A program made the position numbers and the translations under genes. A stretch of 64,000 nt of DNA. Source: an uncultured SAR86 cluster bacterium. Lineage in GTDB: Bacteria > Pseudomonadota > Gammaproteobacteria > Magnimaribacterales > AG-339-G14. Below the pieces are notes generated by a model. That model worked only from the letters and a program-made list of their open reading frames with translations, did not search any database and was not told the DNA's origin. The DNA lies in NCBI GenBank assembly GCA_902542145.1, contig CACBTL010000006.1, forward strand, positions 4,316 to 68,315. Direction: 5' to 3'. Positions 49,875 to 58,786 of this stretch are shown here, piece after piece. Within the stretch, counting starts at the first letter, position 1; each line of letters starts with the position of its first letter.

Positions 49875-51868
49875 TGCAATTCTATAAATCTGACCTACTG
49901 CAATATATATCAGGATCGATCTCTGATACCGACCTATTAGAACAACTTACAGAGTTGGGGTTGGAAGTTGACCAATCAACAAAAGAAAAAAATGATTTAC
50001 TAATCAAACTAGATTTAACTCCTAACAGAGGAGACTGTTTTAGCCTGATGGGTATAGCTAGAGAAGTTTGTGTAGTTAATAATTTAAAATTAAGACTTCC
50101 AAAATTTAAGAAGCAACATCAAAGTCTCGATTCTAAAAAAACTGTTTCTGTAGATAATAGCGCCTGTTCAAGCTATCTAGGTCAAATCATTAAACTTAAG
50201 AGTAAAGGCAAAACTCCGCAATATATCAAAAAAACTCTAAAGGCTGCTGATATTGGCCAAGTTAATCCCATAGTTGATATTACAAACTATGTAATGCTCC
50301 ACACCGGACAACCTTTGCATGCTTTTGATAACAAAAAGATTGGCAATAAAATTTATGTCAAATTCCCTTCCAAAAGAACAAAGTTGAAACTTTTGGATGG
50401 TGCTTCCTATGAGATAACTAAAGAATTCCTTACAATATCCGATGAAAAAGAAGAAATAGCTCTGGCTGGAATTATGGGGTGTGCTAATTCTGAAGTAGAT
50501 GAAACAACTCAAGAAATTTTTTTAGAGTCAGCTTGCTTTGAGCCTGCAAGCATCAGAGGAAATGCAAGAAAGTTAGGCTTTCAATCTGAGGCATCATTAA
50601 GATTCGAAAGAGGAGTTGATAAAGAAATCCAAGAGTATGCACTTAATTTTGCAGCACAACTTTATGCTGAAATCTTTGGAGGAGACTTTTCAAAGAGTTT
50701 TAAACAATCTAAAAATCATAAAGCAAAGAAAATATCCATAAGTAAGGAATTCATTGATTCGAGGCTCGGGATAGAGATTCCCACCGTCAAGGTTATAAAA
50801 CTTTTAAAGGCGCTAGAATTTAAAGTTGAATCAAAAGGAAATTTAATGGAGCTAACTTGTCCTTCTCATCGATACGATATTGAAATTAAAGAGGATATTA
50901 TCGAAGAGATAGCGAGAATAATTGGATACGATAATTTACCTAGCAAAAGATTGAAATTACTAGCTTCCTCCCCTGAAGATACATCTATTGAAAAGGAGAA
51001 ACTAAGTAAAGATATTTTTGTTAATGCTGGCTTTAATGAAGTGATTAATTACGCTTTTGTTGATTCATCTTTTATTCAAAAGCTCGGGCTAAATAACGAT
51101 TCAATTGAGTTAGCCAATCCCATGTCGAGTAATCAGGATGTTATGCGACCCTCCCTTGTTCCCGGATTGTTAAGTAACTTTGAATATAATTTCAATAGAG
51201 GTGCTCAAAAATTCAAAATCTTTGAAGTTGGGAACGTCTTTACTAAAAAAGAAAGTTGGAAGAGTCTTGCTGGGCTGCTCTATTTTGATAAATCTTCATC
51301 TGATTGGTCCGGTTCTTTTCAAAGCAGCTTTTACGATCTCAGAAAAAGTCTGGATATATTTTTCTCGAGATTAAATATTGAACCTGTTTACAAAAAAATT
51401 TCTGCAAATCATTTGCACCCAGGAATATCAGCAGAAATAAAAATGAAAACTAAATCCATAGGAAAAATTGGTGTTTTGCATCCATTAATTCAAAAAAAAC
51501 TTAAGTTGCCGGAAATAGTTTTGTTTGAGATAAATTTAGACTCTATAAAATTGCCGAGAATTAATGCAATAGTTCAACCGCCAAAATTTCCTGGTAGCGA
51601 AAGAGATTTGTCCTTTCTTGTCGCTAAAGAAATACCTGCTAACCAATTTATAAAAGAGCTTAAAAAAGCTGGAGGCACAAATTTAAGGTCTGTTTCAGTG
51701 ATCGATATTTATCAAGGCAAAGGAATAGATGAATTTTTAAAAAGCATCACTTTCCGAGTCTTTTGGCAAGCGACCGGAGCCACATTGGAAGATAAAGAAG
51801 TAGATCAATTTGTTGAGAATCAAATTAAGCATGCTGCTAAAATTTTTAATGCTAAATTAAGATCGTAA
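49874..51868 (+). CDS. pheT: Phenylalanine--tRNA ligase beta subunit (short form)
   Basis: LTPNRGDC, VDITNYVM..GQPLHAFD, RFERGVD, RYDI...D..EEIAR, FDX-ACB tail. Confidence 0.95.
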   Translation: MQFYKSDLLQYISGSISDTDLLEQLTELGLEVDQSTKEKNDLLIKLDLTPNRGDCFSLMGIAREVCVVNNLKLRLPKFKKQHQSLDSKKTVSVDNSACSSYLGQIIKLKSKGKTPQYIKKTLKAADIGQVNPIVDITNYVMLHTGQPLHAFDNKKIGNKIYVKFPSKRTKLKLLDGASYEITKEFLTISDEKEEIALAGIMGCANSEVDETTQEIFLESACFEPASIRGNARKLGFQSEASLRFERGVDKEIQEYALNFAAQLYAEIFGGDFSKSFKQSKNHKAKKISISKEFIDSRLGIEIPTVKVIKLLKALEFKVESKGNLMELTCPSHRYDIEIKEDIIEEIARIIGYDNLPSKRLKLLASSPEDTSIEKEKLSKDIFVNAGFNEVINYAFVDSSFIQKLGLNNDSIELANPMSSNQDVMRPSLVPGLLSNFEYNFNRGAQKFKIFEVGNVFTKKESWKSLAGLLYFDKSSSDWSGSFQSSFYDLRKSLDIFFSRLNIEPVYKKISANHLHPGISAEIKMKTKSIGKIGVLHPLIQKKLKLPEIVLFEINLDSIKLPRINAIVQPPKFPGSERDLSFLVAKEIPANQFIKELKKAGGTNLRSVSVIDIYQGKGIDEFLKSITFRVFWQATGATLEDKEVDQFVENQIKHAAKIFNAKLRS

Positions 51869-51870
51869 CA

Positions 51871-52149
51871 ATGGCGATAACTAAACTAGAATTAGCTGAG
51901 CACTTGCATAAAAAAATGGGTTTACCAAAAAAAGACTGCCTAGAATTTGTGAATTCTTTTTTTGCTGAAATTTCCAACAGTTTAGAAAAGGGAGAAGAAG
52001 TGAAATTAAGTGGTTTTGGGAATTTTTATTTACTAAAAAAGAAAGCGCGTCCAGGAAGAAACCCTAAAACTGGCAAAGAATATGTAGTTTCTGCAAGATC
52101 TTCTATTTCTTTCAAGCCAGGTCGAAAATTAAGGGATAAAATTGTCTGA
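51871..52149 (+). CDS. ihfA: Integration host factor alpha
   Basis: VKLSGFGNF, RPGRNPKTG; follows pheT. Confidence 0.95.
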   Translation: MAITKLELAEHLHKKMGLPKKDCLEFVNSFFAEISNSLEKGEEVKLSGFGNFYLLKKKARPGRNPKTGKEYVVSARSSISFKPGRKLRDKIV

Positions 52150-52471
52150 TATTGATTTTTCTTCCTTGCCCAATAAAAAGTATTACTCCATCTCAGAAGT
52201 CTCCAATTTACTTGGAATCAAGCAAACAGAAATAAGATATTGGGAAAAATTTGAACCCAAGTTGAGATCTAATAGTCTCAACAGAAATTATGACTTAAAG
52301 AGAATAAAGCTCCTTATTGAAATGAAAAGACTCATTAAAGATCAAGGAATAAAACCTTCTCATATAGATAGATATATGAAGGACAAAAAATCAAAAAAAA
52401 CTAAAAGCTTAAATATTAAAAAAGAACTTGAAGCTATAAAAAAGCTCTTAAAAAAAACTAGTAATGTTTAA
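52142..52471 (+). CDS. MerR-family HTH protein
   Basis: KKYYSISEV...IRYWEK; conserved position after ihfA. Confidence 0.85.
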   Translation: MSDIDFSSLPNKKYYSISEVSNLLGIKQTEIRYWEKFEPKLRSNSLNRNYDLKRIKLLIEMKRLIKDQGIKPSHIDRYMKDKKSKKTKSLNIKKELEAIKKLLKKTSNV

Positions 52472-52511
52472 ATTAAGTAGTATATTTAATATAAATTAAT
52501 GGGAGATCAAT

Positions 52512-52754
52512 ATGAGAATAAATGGGTTATTGTTTTTACTAGTTTCAATAAGTCTTTTAGGAGCTTGCGGTGGCGGTGGATCTTCCACTCCTGTTCAAAG
52601 TTCTGCAGCTAGTTCAGCGCCTGCATCAAATACAAATACTGATACAGATACAGATACAGATACAGATACAGATACTTCATCTAGCTCGGCATCTTCAATC
52701 AATCCTGCAGATTACATTCTTCCGACGAAGGTAGAAGCAATCGCCGTAGAATAA
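52512..52754 (+). CDS. Small outer-membrane lipoprotein, mostly low-complexity linker
   Basis: GGGAGA SD; lipobox LGA-C19 followed by GGGG, S/A and DT repeats; C-terminal YILPTKVEAIAVE. Confidence 0.8.
   Translation: MRINGLLFLLVSISLLGACGGGGSSTPVQSSAASSAPASNTNTDTDTDTDTDTDTSSSSASSINPADYILPTKVEAIAVE
52629..52676 (+). repeat. Hexamer tandem repeat (GATACA)x5 with degenerate flanks, encoding NT/DT repeats
   Basis: AATACA AATACT (GATACA)5 GATACT read directly from the sequence. Confidence 0.95.
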
Positions 52755-52779
52755 TAAATAAAATAACAAGGGGAGAACT

Positions 52780-55700
52780 ATGAAAAAGCTTATATTCCTA
52801 TTAGTGATTTTGAGTCCATATATCCACTCACAATCATACACCGAAGATAAAAAGGAGATTTATACTGCTAATAATGAAGTTGAAAATACACTAGGTGAGG
52901 CAAATAACATCCTATGTACAATCTCTAAACTAAAAGTTGAACAATTCATTGACAAAGGTCCCTATCGGGCTCAAGTATATGATTCAAGATGTGATGTTGC
53001 CGCAGCTAGACAGGATGCGCAAAATCAAGCCCAACAAGGAAATCAGCAACAACAAGGCGCAGCTGAAGTTGAAATACCTAGTACCTTTGTTTTAGATGTG
53101 AAGTCAGCCTTCAGCGAAGTTAGAAATAAGGATTACTTAGAAGTTAAGGGTTGGTTTTTCCAGCAAGGAGATTACTCAGAAGCACAAACAGATTACGAAG
53201 GTATGTGGGATGCTGATCCTGATATGCTTATTTATTTTTTAGCTAAGATTCTTTCTGGTGCCACAGATGAGGATCCCAATGGAGACATTGAATTGGATTT
53301 TGTAGCTGAGTCGAATTGTCAAAATGCACCATATCAAAGTGAAGAAGATGCAAGAACCGCAGCCATTAATGCTGGCGTCCAAGAAGGTTCTGATGCTTTT
53401 TGGAGAGACTACATGGAACATTATTATAAGTGTCCACCAGCAGGGTCTCAGATGGGAGCAGGCAGATTGGATACTACCGACGCTCAAACACTATTTCTTG
53501 GCCCAAGAGGAGAAAGCATTTTGATGAGCGATAATGCAAATGGGCGAGATGGAATTTGGAAATCTTATACTTCTGAGTGTTTTATCGATGGAAAACTCGT
53601 CGAATGGCAAGAAAGACAGGCTGATCCCTCAATTTGCGGCGAGCAAAGTGATCTTAACCCTAACTTTTGGGATGGTGAGTTGGTTCTCGCATTTTCCTAC
53701 GATAAAAATACCAATGCATCTTGCTTGAAATTAGTTGGTGCCAATAGAAGAACCAGAGTTGATGACCAATCTGAATTTGTCATTACCCCTGATTTAGAAA
53801 ATTATAAAGCCTATGATTTCAGAACGGATGAGTTTCCTTGGTTGGCTGAAAACGGTCCAGCCAGAGGCGTTCAAGAAAAATGTGAATCCACAAAAGCTGC
53901 AGATGCAAAATTAGCTGTGTGGGAGTATGGTCTTTATACCACTTCAGATGATCTTCGTTACGATATGAAGAATCCTGGTTTCGAATTAAAAACAGAGGAA
54001 GAATTTATTTCGCCCTACGACGATACAAGAACTGAACCAATTTATGCTTGGGCAGATTATTGGGGAACCCATATTTGGGAAGAGATGAGATCTAATGTGA
54101 CTGACACAACTGTTTTTAAAAAAGTAAATTCAGAAGATACTTCTTCCTATAATTTAAAACAGAGAAAATTGTCCTTACGTAAAATGTCTATTGATAATGT
54201 TTCTCTCAATAGCTTGTCTGGAGTTGAGCTAGATATTCACATTGAGTGGGATAGAACAGAGGCCGGTTCTAACTGCTGGTGGAACGATCGCAAAGTCTTC
54301 TCAGGGACTCAATTGATAGATGACGATATGGATAATAATTCAAATGGCGAAGATGATAGATGTCCGTTAGAAAGATGGCGTGAATTAGGGGTTCCTACAG
54401 AATCTCTAGATGATAACGGTAATTTATATAATATTTTCTTAGGCTATTGGGATGCTGCTTATTCAACAGGCGGAGCTTCGCCTGTAGGTACTTTTGTGTT
54501 TGATAAAGCAGTTAAAGAAGTCAATAACAGATGGGTTGCTGAAGTCGATATCACACCATTTACTTTCACTCCCGCAGAATACCTAGAAATGTGGGACGAC
54601 GATAGGGATAGTACTAACGGTTATGAAGTTTGGAGAAATCTCTGGGCACACGGTCGGGGCCAAGGCTATGAAATCAAAGGAGATGCCTTAGCCGCTCCAG
54701 GCGATGAGCTTGTAAGGAGAAGAACAGAAAAAGATATAGCTCCATCTGAAATTGCAGGTCTTACCTTAGGATGTATAGAAAGGTGCATGTCTGGAACAAG
54801 TTTTACTACTTATTTCAATGAGGCTCTTGCCTTGATTGCAACAGGAACGGAGCAAAGTCCCGCTCAAGGAGATATCACCAGTCCTTATACTGGACCAGCT
54901 CTTGCTGGTGGTGATACATCTGCTTTACCTACAGGTCCATATGTAAGATCAGGATCTGAGAAAGGTAATTGGACCCAAGAAGGAGTTCTTTCAACTGAGG
55001 TAATGCAATATCAAGCTTCAGGAGATTCTTTGGTTGATACCACAACAAACACTGCTTTGACCTTGCCTGCTGGTATGTATGAACTCAATAATCCATGGGG
55101 AAAATTTGAAGGAAATATATGCATAGTTGAACCCAATGGGGTAGATAAAGATTGTTGGGGAATGAAAAACCATATGACTCTTTTTGATATGACAAAAGCT
55201 TCAGAAGTTGAGTGTGAAAAAACTCGTGATACCAACAACGATGGAACTAAAAATGCTTACGAATATCACTCTGATTCTACTGTGCAGTCTTCTGAGAATT
55301 TTAGATACTGCGCAAGTAAACTTTGGAAAATGAACGAATATTATGAGGTATTCTGGGACCCATGGGTGAATTATCAAGTTTACGATTCTAATGGTGCACT
55401 TGTGGAAATTTCAAGACCTGAAGCAGTTACCTTAACTCTCCCTAATGATTCAAGCTACGGTTCTGATGCCGGAAGGAAAAAGACTCTTGAGTATGCAGGA
55501 TTTGGACGGTTACATGGTTTTGAGTGGACCAACTTTAATATTGCAACTTGGACTGAGCTTGGTGAGTATCTCGACTGGGATTCTCTTTCAGAAACCGACA
55601 GACAAAATACAAGAGGTTTCCCTACGTACGTTATTCCTGATGGCACTATAGTGATGTCCGAAGACGGAGAAACTGAGCTTAAATCTAAGTTTTTGAGAGG

Positions 55701-55914
55701 AGAGTATTATCTTAAACCTCTTGCAAGCGCCGTTGGTCAAAATACTTACTCGACTGTGGTAACTGGCTTAGATGGAGTTCAGCCGGAAATTTATGATTCT
55801 GCCTTCATTGGGGCAGTACCGGAAGATTCGACATTGCTGAATTCTGGTGAAGTATGTGTGGATCATGGAGAGATAGTTGAAGTCTGTAAACCTTTGACAG
55901 TTGACGGCTCATAA
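52780..55914 (+). CDS. Large secreted acidic, Cys/Trp-rich protein of unknown function
   Basis: GGGGAGA SD, Sec-type signal peptide, 18 Cys, Dx[DN]xDG-like loops, no recognisable catalytic motif. Confidence 0.85.
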   Translation: MKKLIFLLVILSPYIHSQSYTEDKKEIYTANNEVENTLGEANNILCTISKLKVEQFIDKGPYRAQVYDSRCDVAAARQDAQNQAQQGNQQQQGAAEVEIPSTFVLDVKSAFSEVRNKDYLEVKGWFFQQGDYSEAQTDYEGMWDADPDMLIYFLAKILSGATDEDPNGDIELDFVAESNCQNAPYQSEEDARTAAINAGVQEGSDAFWRDYMEHYYKCPPAGSQMGAGRLDTTDAQTLFLGPRGESILMSDNANGRDGIWKSYTSECFIDGKLVEWQERQADPSICGEQSDLNPNFWDGELVLAFSYDKNTNASCLKLVGANRRTRVDDQSEFVITPDLENYKAYDFRTDEFPWLAENGPARGVQEKCESTKAADAKLAVWEYGLYTTSDDLRYDMKNPGFELKTEEEFISPYDDTRTEPIYAWADYWGTHIWEEMRSNVTDTTVFKKVNSEDTSSYNLKQRKLSLRKMSIDNVSLNSLSGVELDIHIEWDRTEAGSNCWWNDRKVFSGTQLIDDDMDNNSNGEDDRCPLERWRELGVPTESLDDNGNLYNIFLGYWDAAYSTGGASPVGTFVFDKAVKEVNNRWVAEVDITPFTFTPAEYLEMWDDDRDSTNGYEVWRNLWAHGRGQGYEIKGDALAAPGDELVRRRTEKDIAPSEIAGLTLGCIERCMSGTSFTTYFNEALALIATGTEQSPAQGDITSPYTGPALAGGDTSALPTGPYVRSGSEKGNWTQEGVLSTEVMQYQASGDSLVDTTTNTALTLPAGMYELNNPWGKFEGNICIVEPNGVDKDCWGMKNHMTLFDMTKASEVECEKTRDTNNDGTKNAYEYHSDSTVQSSENFRYCASKLWKMNEYYEVFWDPWVNYQVYDSNGALVEISRPEAVTLTLPNDSSYGSDAGRKKTLEYAGFGRLHGFEWTNFNIATWTELGEYLDWDSLSETDRQNTRGFPTYVIPDGTIVMSEDGETELKSKFLRGEYYLKPLASAVGQNTYSTVVTGLDGVQPEIYDSAFIGAVPEDSTLLNSGEVCVDHGEIVEVCKPLTVDGS

Positions 55915-55935
55915 CGATCGTCTTGAATTAAAATT

Positions 55936-56012
55936 CGGGGCGTGGCGCAGTCTGGTAGCGCACTTGACTGGGGGTCAAGTGGTCGCTGGTTCAAATCCAG
56001 CCGTCCCGACCA
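55936..56012 (+). tRNA. tRNA-Pro(GGG)
   Basis: CGGGGCG/CGTCCCG acceptor, CTTGA-CTGGGGG-TCAAG anticodon arm, GGTTCAAATCC, ACCA. Confidence 0.97.
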
Positions 56013-56018
56013 ATCAAT

Positions 56019-57191
56019 ATGGATAGGGTGTATCAAATAATTTTGTATGGAGCCACTGGCTTTACTGGGAGGCTTTGTGCAGAGTATCTAAGGGATAATT
56101 ACCCTGACATTAAATGGGCAATAGCTGGTCGCAATAAGCAAAAATTAGAAGACCTTAAAGAGTCATTGAGGCTAGATTGCGAAATTTTTGTTGCAGACGG
56201 AGGAGATAAAGATTCAATTGATCATATTGTGTGCAAAACAAAAGTAATATTGTCTACTGCAGGTCCTTTTGCCAGATACAGTAATTTAATTGTCAAATCA
56301 TGCGTTGAAAATAAAACACATTACACAGATATAACTGGAGAAAATCATTGGGTAAAAGATTTGATAGATGAACATCACAATAAAGCTTCAGAGGAGGGAA
56401 CAAGGATAATACCTTCATGCGGTTATGACTCTATACCTTCAGATATGGGTGTTTTTTACTCTGTTCAACAAATGGGAAAGCCCATTAAAAAGGTCACTGT
56501 TTATCATTCAGGTCAAGGAGGAGTAAGTGGCGGTACAACCGAAACAATGTTTACTATTGGACCTCTTCCAAAAGAAAAAAGAGACCCTTTTCTTTTAAAC
56601 CCAGAAAATAGCGTTTCTGAAAAACAAAGGAAATCAAGTAAAGATGGTTTTGAAATTAAACAAATAGAAAATACAGATTCATATTCAGGAATTGGGTTAA
56701 TGTCTTTTGCTAATACGAGAGTCGTAAGACGAAGTTCAGCTTTATATGATGCTGATCAAAGAAGTTATGGTTCTGATTTCATCTTCAAAGAGCTTGGAAG
56801 TTATCCTTCAAAAAGATCAGCAAGATTTGCCAGTTTCGGACTGATATTTGCTTTTTTAGTAATCTCAACACCCTTAAGGCACATTGTTAGGAGATTCTTA
56901 CCCAAGCCTGGCGAGGGTCCGGATAAGGAAACTAGAGAAAATGGTTGGTTCAAAGGATTATTTAAAGTAGAAGCAGAAGATGGTGAAATCAAATATTTCC
57001 AAATCTATGGAGATGGAGATCCAGGTTATAAAGCGACTGCCCAAATGGTTTGTGAGTCTGCTATAACACTAGCAATTTCTGATGAACTCGTTGTAGGAGG
57101 AGTTTTAACTTCAGCTTATGGGCTTGGCAATCCACTTTTAGATAGATTAATCAAATCTGGTATGAAATTTGAAGAAGTCATTTATAACTAA
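56019..57191 (+). CDS. Saccharopine dehydrogenase-like oxidoreductase (trans-acting enoyl reductase family)
   Basis: YGATGFTG, AGRN, AGPF, YTDITGE, CGYDSIPSDMG, GDPGY. Confidence 0.88.
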   Translation: MDRVYQIILYGATGFTGRLCAEYLRDNYPDIKWAIAGRNKQKLEDLKESLRLDCEIFVADGGDKDSIDHIVCKTKVILSTAGPFARYSNLIVKSCVENKTHYTDITGENHWVKDLIDEHHNKASEEGTRIIPSCGYDSIPSDMGVFYSVQQMGKPIKKVTVYHSGQGGVSGGTTETMFTIGPLPKEKRDPFLLNPENSVSEKQRKSSKDGFEIKQIENTDSYSGIGLMSFANTRVVRRSSALYDADQRSYGSDFIFKELGSYPSKRSARFASFGLIFAFLVISTPLRHIVRRFLPKPGEGPDKETRENGWFKGLFKVEAEDGEIKYFQIYGDGDPGYKATAQMVCESAITLAISDELVVGGVLTSAYGLGNPLLDRLIKSGMKFEEVIYN

Positions 57192-57242
57192 AGATTAGCA
57201 CTTTATAACTTCAACCTTCCTTTTTTTTATATACAATGCATC

Positions 57243-57385
57243 TGTTCAGGTAATCTTTCTCCCCCATAATCTCTCCTATTTCCTGAACATGGCGGGTTTA
57301 ATAGACCCGCCAAATTATGGTAGGTTAGTGGGTATTAATTTTAATAGGTTGGGCGAAATATTCTCGCTGATCTACCACCATTTTT
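57243..57385 (+). ncRNA. Candidate structured sRNA or 5' leader of the photolyase gene
   Basis: TACAAT -10 at 57232; three consecutive stems with G-U pairs that work only on the + strand; T5 tail. Confidence 0.55.
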
Positions 57386-58786
57386 ATGAATCTTTTCATT
57401 TTTTCAGACGATCTAAGGACTCAAGATAATAAAGCTCTTTATGAAGCTTCGTTAGATCAAAATGGTTTAGTTGCTTTGTTTATCATTGATAAAGAAAAAA
57501 ATAAAGATCATGGAGATAGCCTAGCTAAATTGAAACTAAAACTTTTAGGTCTTGAAAAAATCAAGAATTCTCTAATTTCTTTAAACATCTCACTGAAGAT
57601 TTTGTATTCTGAAAAAATTTCAGATGAGCCTAGAGATATTTTAGATTTCTGTAGGTCGAATGGAATCAAAAAAATTTTTTTAAATTCTGAATATCCATTC
57701 AATGAAAAACAAAGAAATAAAAATTTAGAAGAAATCTGTCTTCAACACCATATATCTTACAGAGAATTTAATTCTCAATTAATTGACCCTGACAACATAA
57801 AAAATAATTCAGGGCTACCTTTCAAAGTTTTTACTCCTTATTCAAAAAAAATGAGATCTTTGATAACACCAGATATCCTCAGCGAGACTCCTGCTCCCAT
57901 AAAGCAAATAAATAGAATACTTCATCAAGATGAGATTCCTCAATTCCAAGATGCTTATGATCAGGAGCTTAACTTTTCGTTTGATGATTTCCCCTTAACA
58001 GAAAGTTCTGCAATTCAAAAGCTAGATGATTTTATAGATTCCTCAATTCAAAACTACAAAGAATTGAGGGACATTCCAAGTTTATCTGCAACAAGTAACT
58101 TATCCTCTTCATTTGCGATAGGTTTGATTTCCTCAAAACAAGCTATTAATCATGTACTCGGAAGTCTTCCTGATGAAAATGGGACCGGTCAATTTACTTG
58201 GATAACTGAAATAATATGGAGAGAGTTCTATAAGTACATAACTTATCACTTCTCACATGTGTCAAAGGGGAAATGTTTTAATCCAAAATATGATCATATT
58301 TTGTGGAGAGAAGATGAGGAGTCTTTCATAAAATGGTGTGAAGGCAAAACTGGAATACCAATTATTGATGCGGCCATGAGGCAATTAAATGAGAGAAAAT
58401 GGATGCATAATCGTTTAAGGATGATAACTGCCATGTTTCTTAGTAAAAACTTATTAGTCGACTGGAGAAAAGGTGAAAGGTACTTCATGGAAAACTTAAT
58501 AGATGGTGATTTTTGTTCGAATAATGGTGGCTGGCAATGGAGCGCATCTACTGGAGTCGATGCATCACCATATTTTAGAATTTTTAATCCAATTACACAG
58601 TCCGAAAAATTTGATCCTGACGGTAAATTTATTAAAAATTTTGTACCTGAGTTAGTTGAATGTCCATCCAATGAAATACATAATCCCTCTAAAGAAATTA
58701 GATCATCTTTAAACTATCCAGAAATGATTGTAGACTTGAAATCATCAAGACTTAGAGCAATAGATGCATTCAAATCAATCAAATAA
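57386..58786 (+). CDS. phrB: Deoxyribodipyrimidine photolyase (class I CPD)
   Basis: DLR..DN.AL, FKVFTPY, WREFY, G.TG.PIIDA.MR, WMHNRLRM, NNGGWQW, YFRIFNP. Confidence 0.95.
   Translation: MNLFIFSDDLRTQDNKALYEASLDQNGLVALFIIDKEKNKDHGDSLAKLKLKLLGLEKIKNSLISLNISLKILYSEKISDEPRDILDFCRSNGIKKIFLNSEYPFNEKQRNKNLEEICLQHHISYREFNSQLIDPDNIKNNSGLPFKVFTPYSKKMRSLITPDILSETPAPIKQINRILHQDEIPQFQDAYDQELNFSFDDFPLTESSAIQKLDDFIDSSIQNYKELRDIPSLSATSNLSSSFAIGLISSKQAINHVLGSLPDENGTGQFTWITEIIWREFYKYITYHFSHVSKGKCFNPKYDHILWREDEESFIKWCEGKTGIPIIDAAMRQLNERKWMHNRLRMITAMFLSKNLLVDWRKGERYFMENLIDGDFCSNNGGWQWSASTGVDASPYFRIFNPITQSEKFDPDGKFIKNFVPELVECPSNEIHNPSKEIRSSLNYPEMIVDLKSSRLRAIDAFKSIK

Noticed and set aside
52780-55914. Multiheme cytochrome, RTX toxin or autotransporter identity for the 1044-aa protein
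   Set aside because: No CxxCH motif, no GGxGxD nonamers and no C-terminal beta-barrel signature
57211-57267. Minus-strand 18-codon ORF (MGEKDYLNRCIVYKKKEG) with an AGGAG SD
   Set aside because: Better explained as the antisense of the CU-rich RNA loops; G-U pairing favours a + strand RNA; no coding evidence, though not fully excluded
57283-57372. Hammerhead-like words (CTGA, CGAAA) and possible SRP/6S/tmRNA identity
   Set aside because: No CUGANGA-stem II-GAAA arrangement, no SRP GGAA-loop motif, no T-loop; does not fit those families
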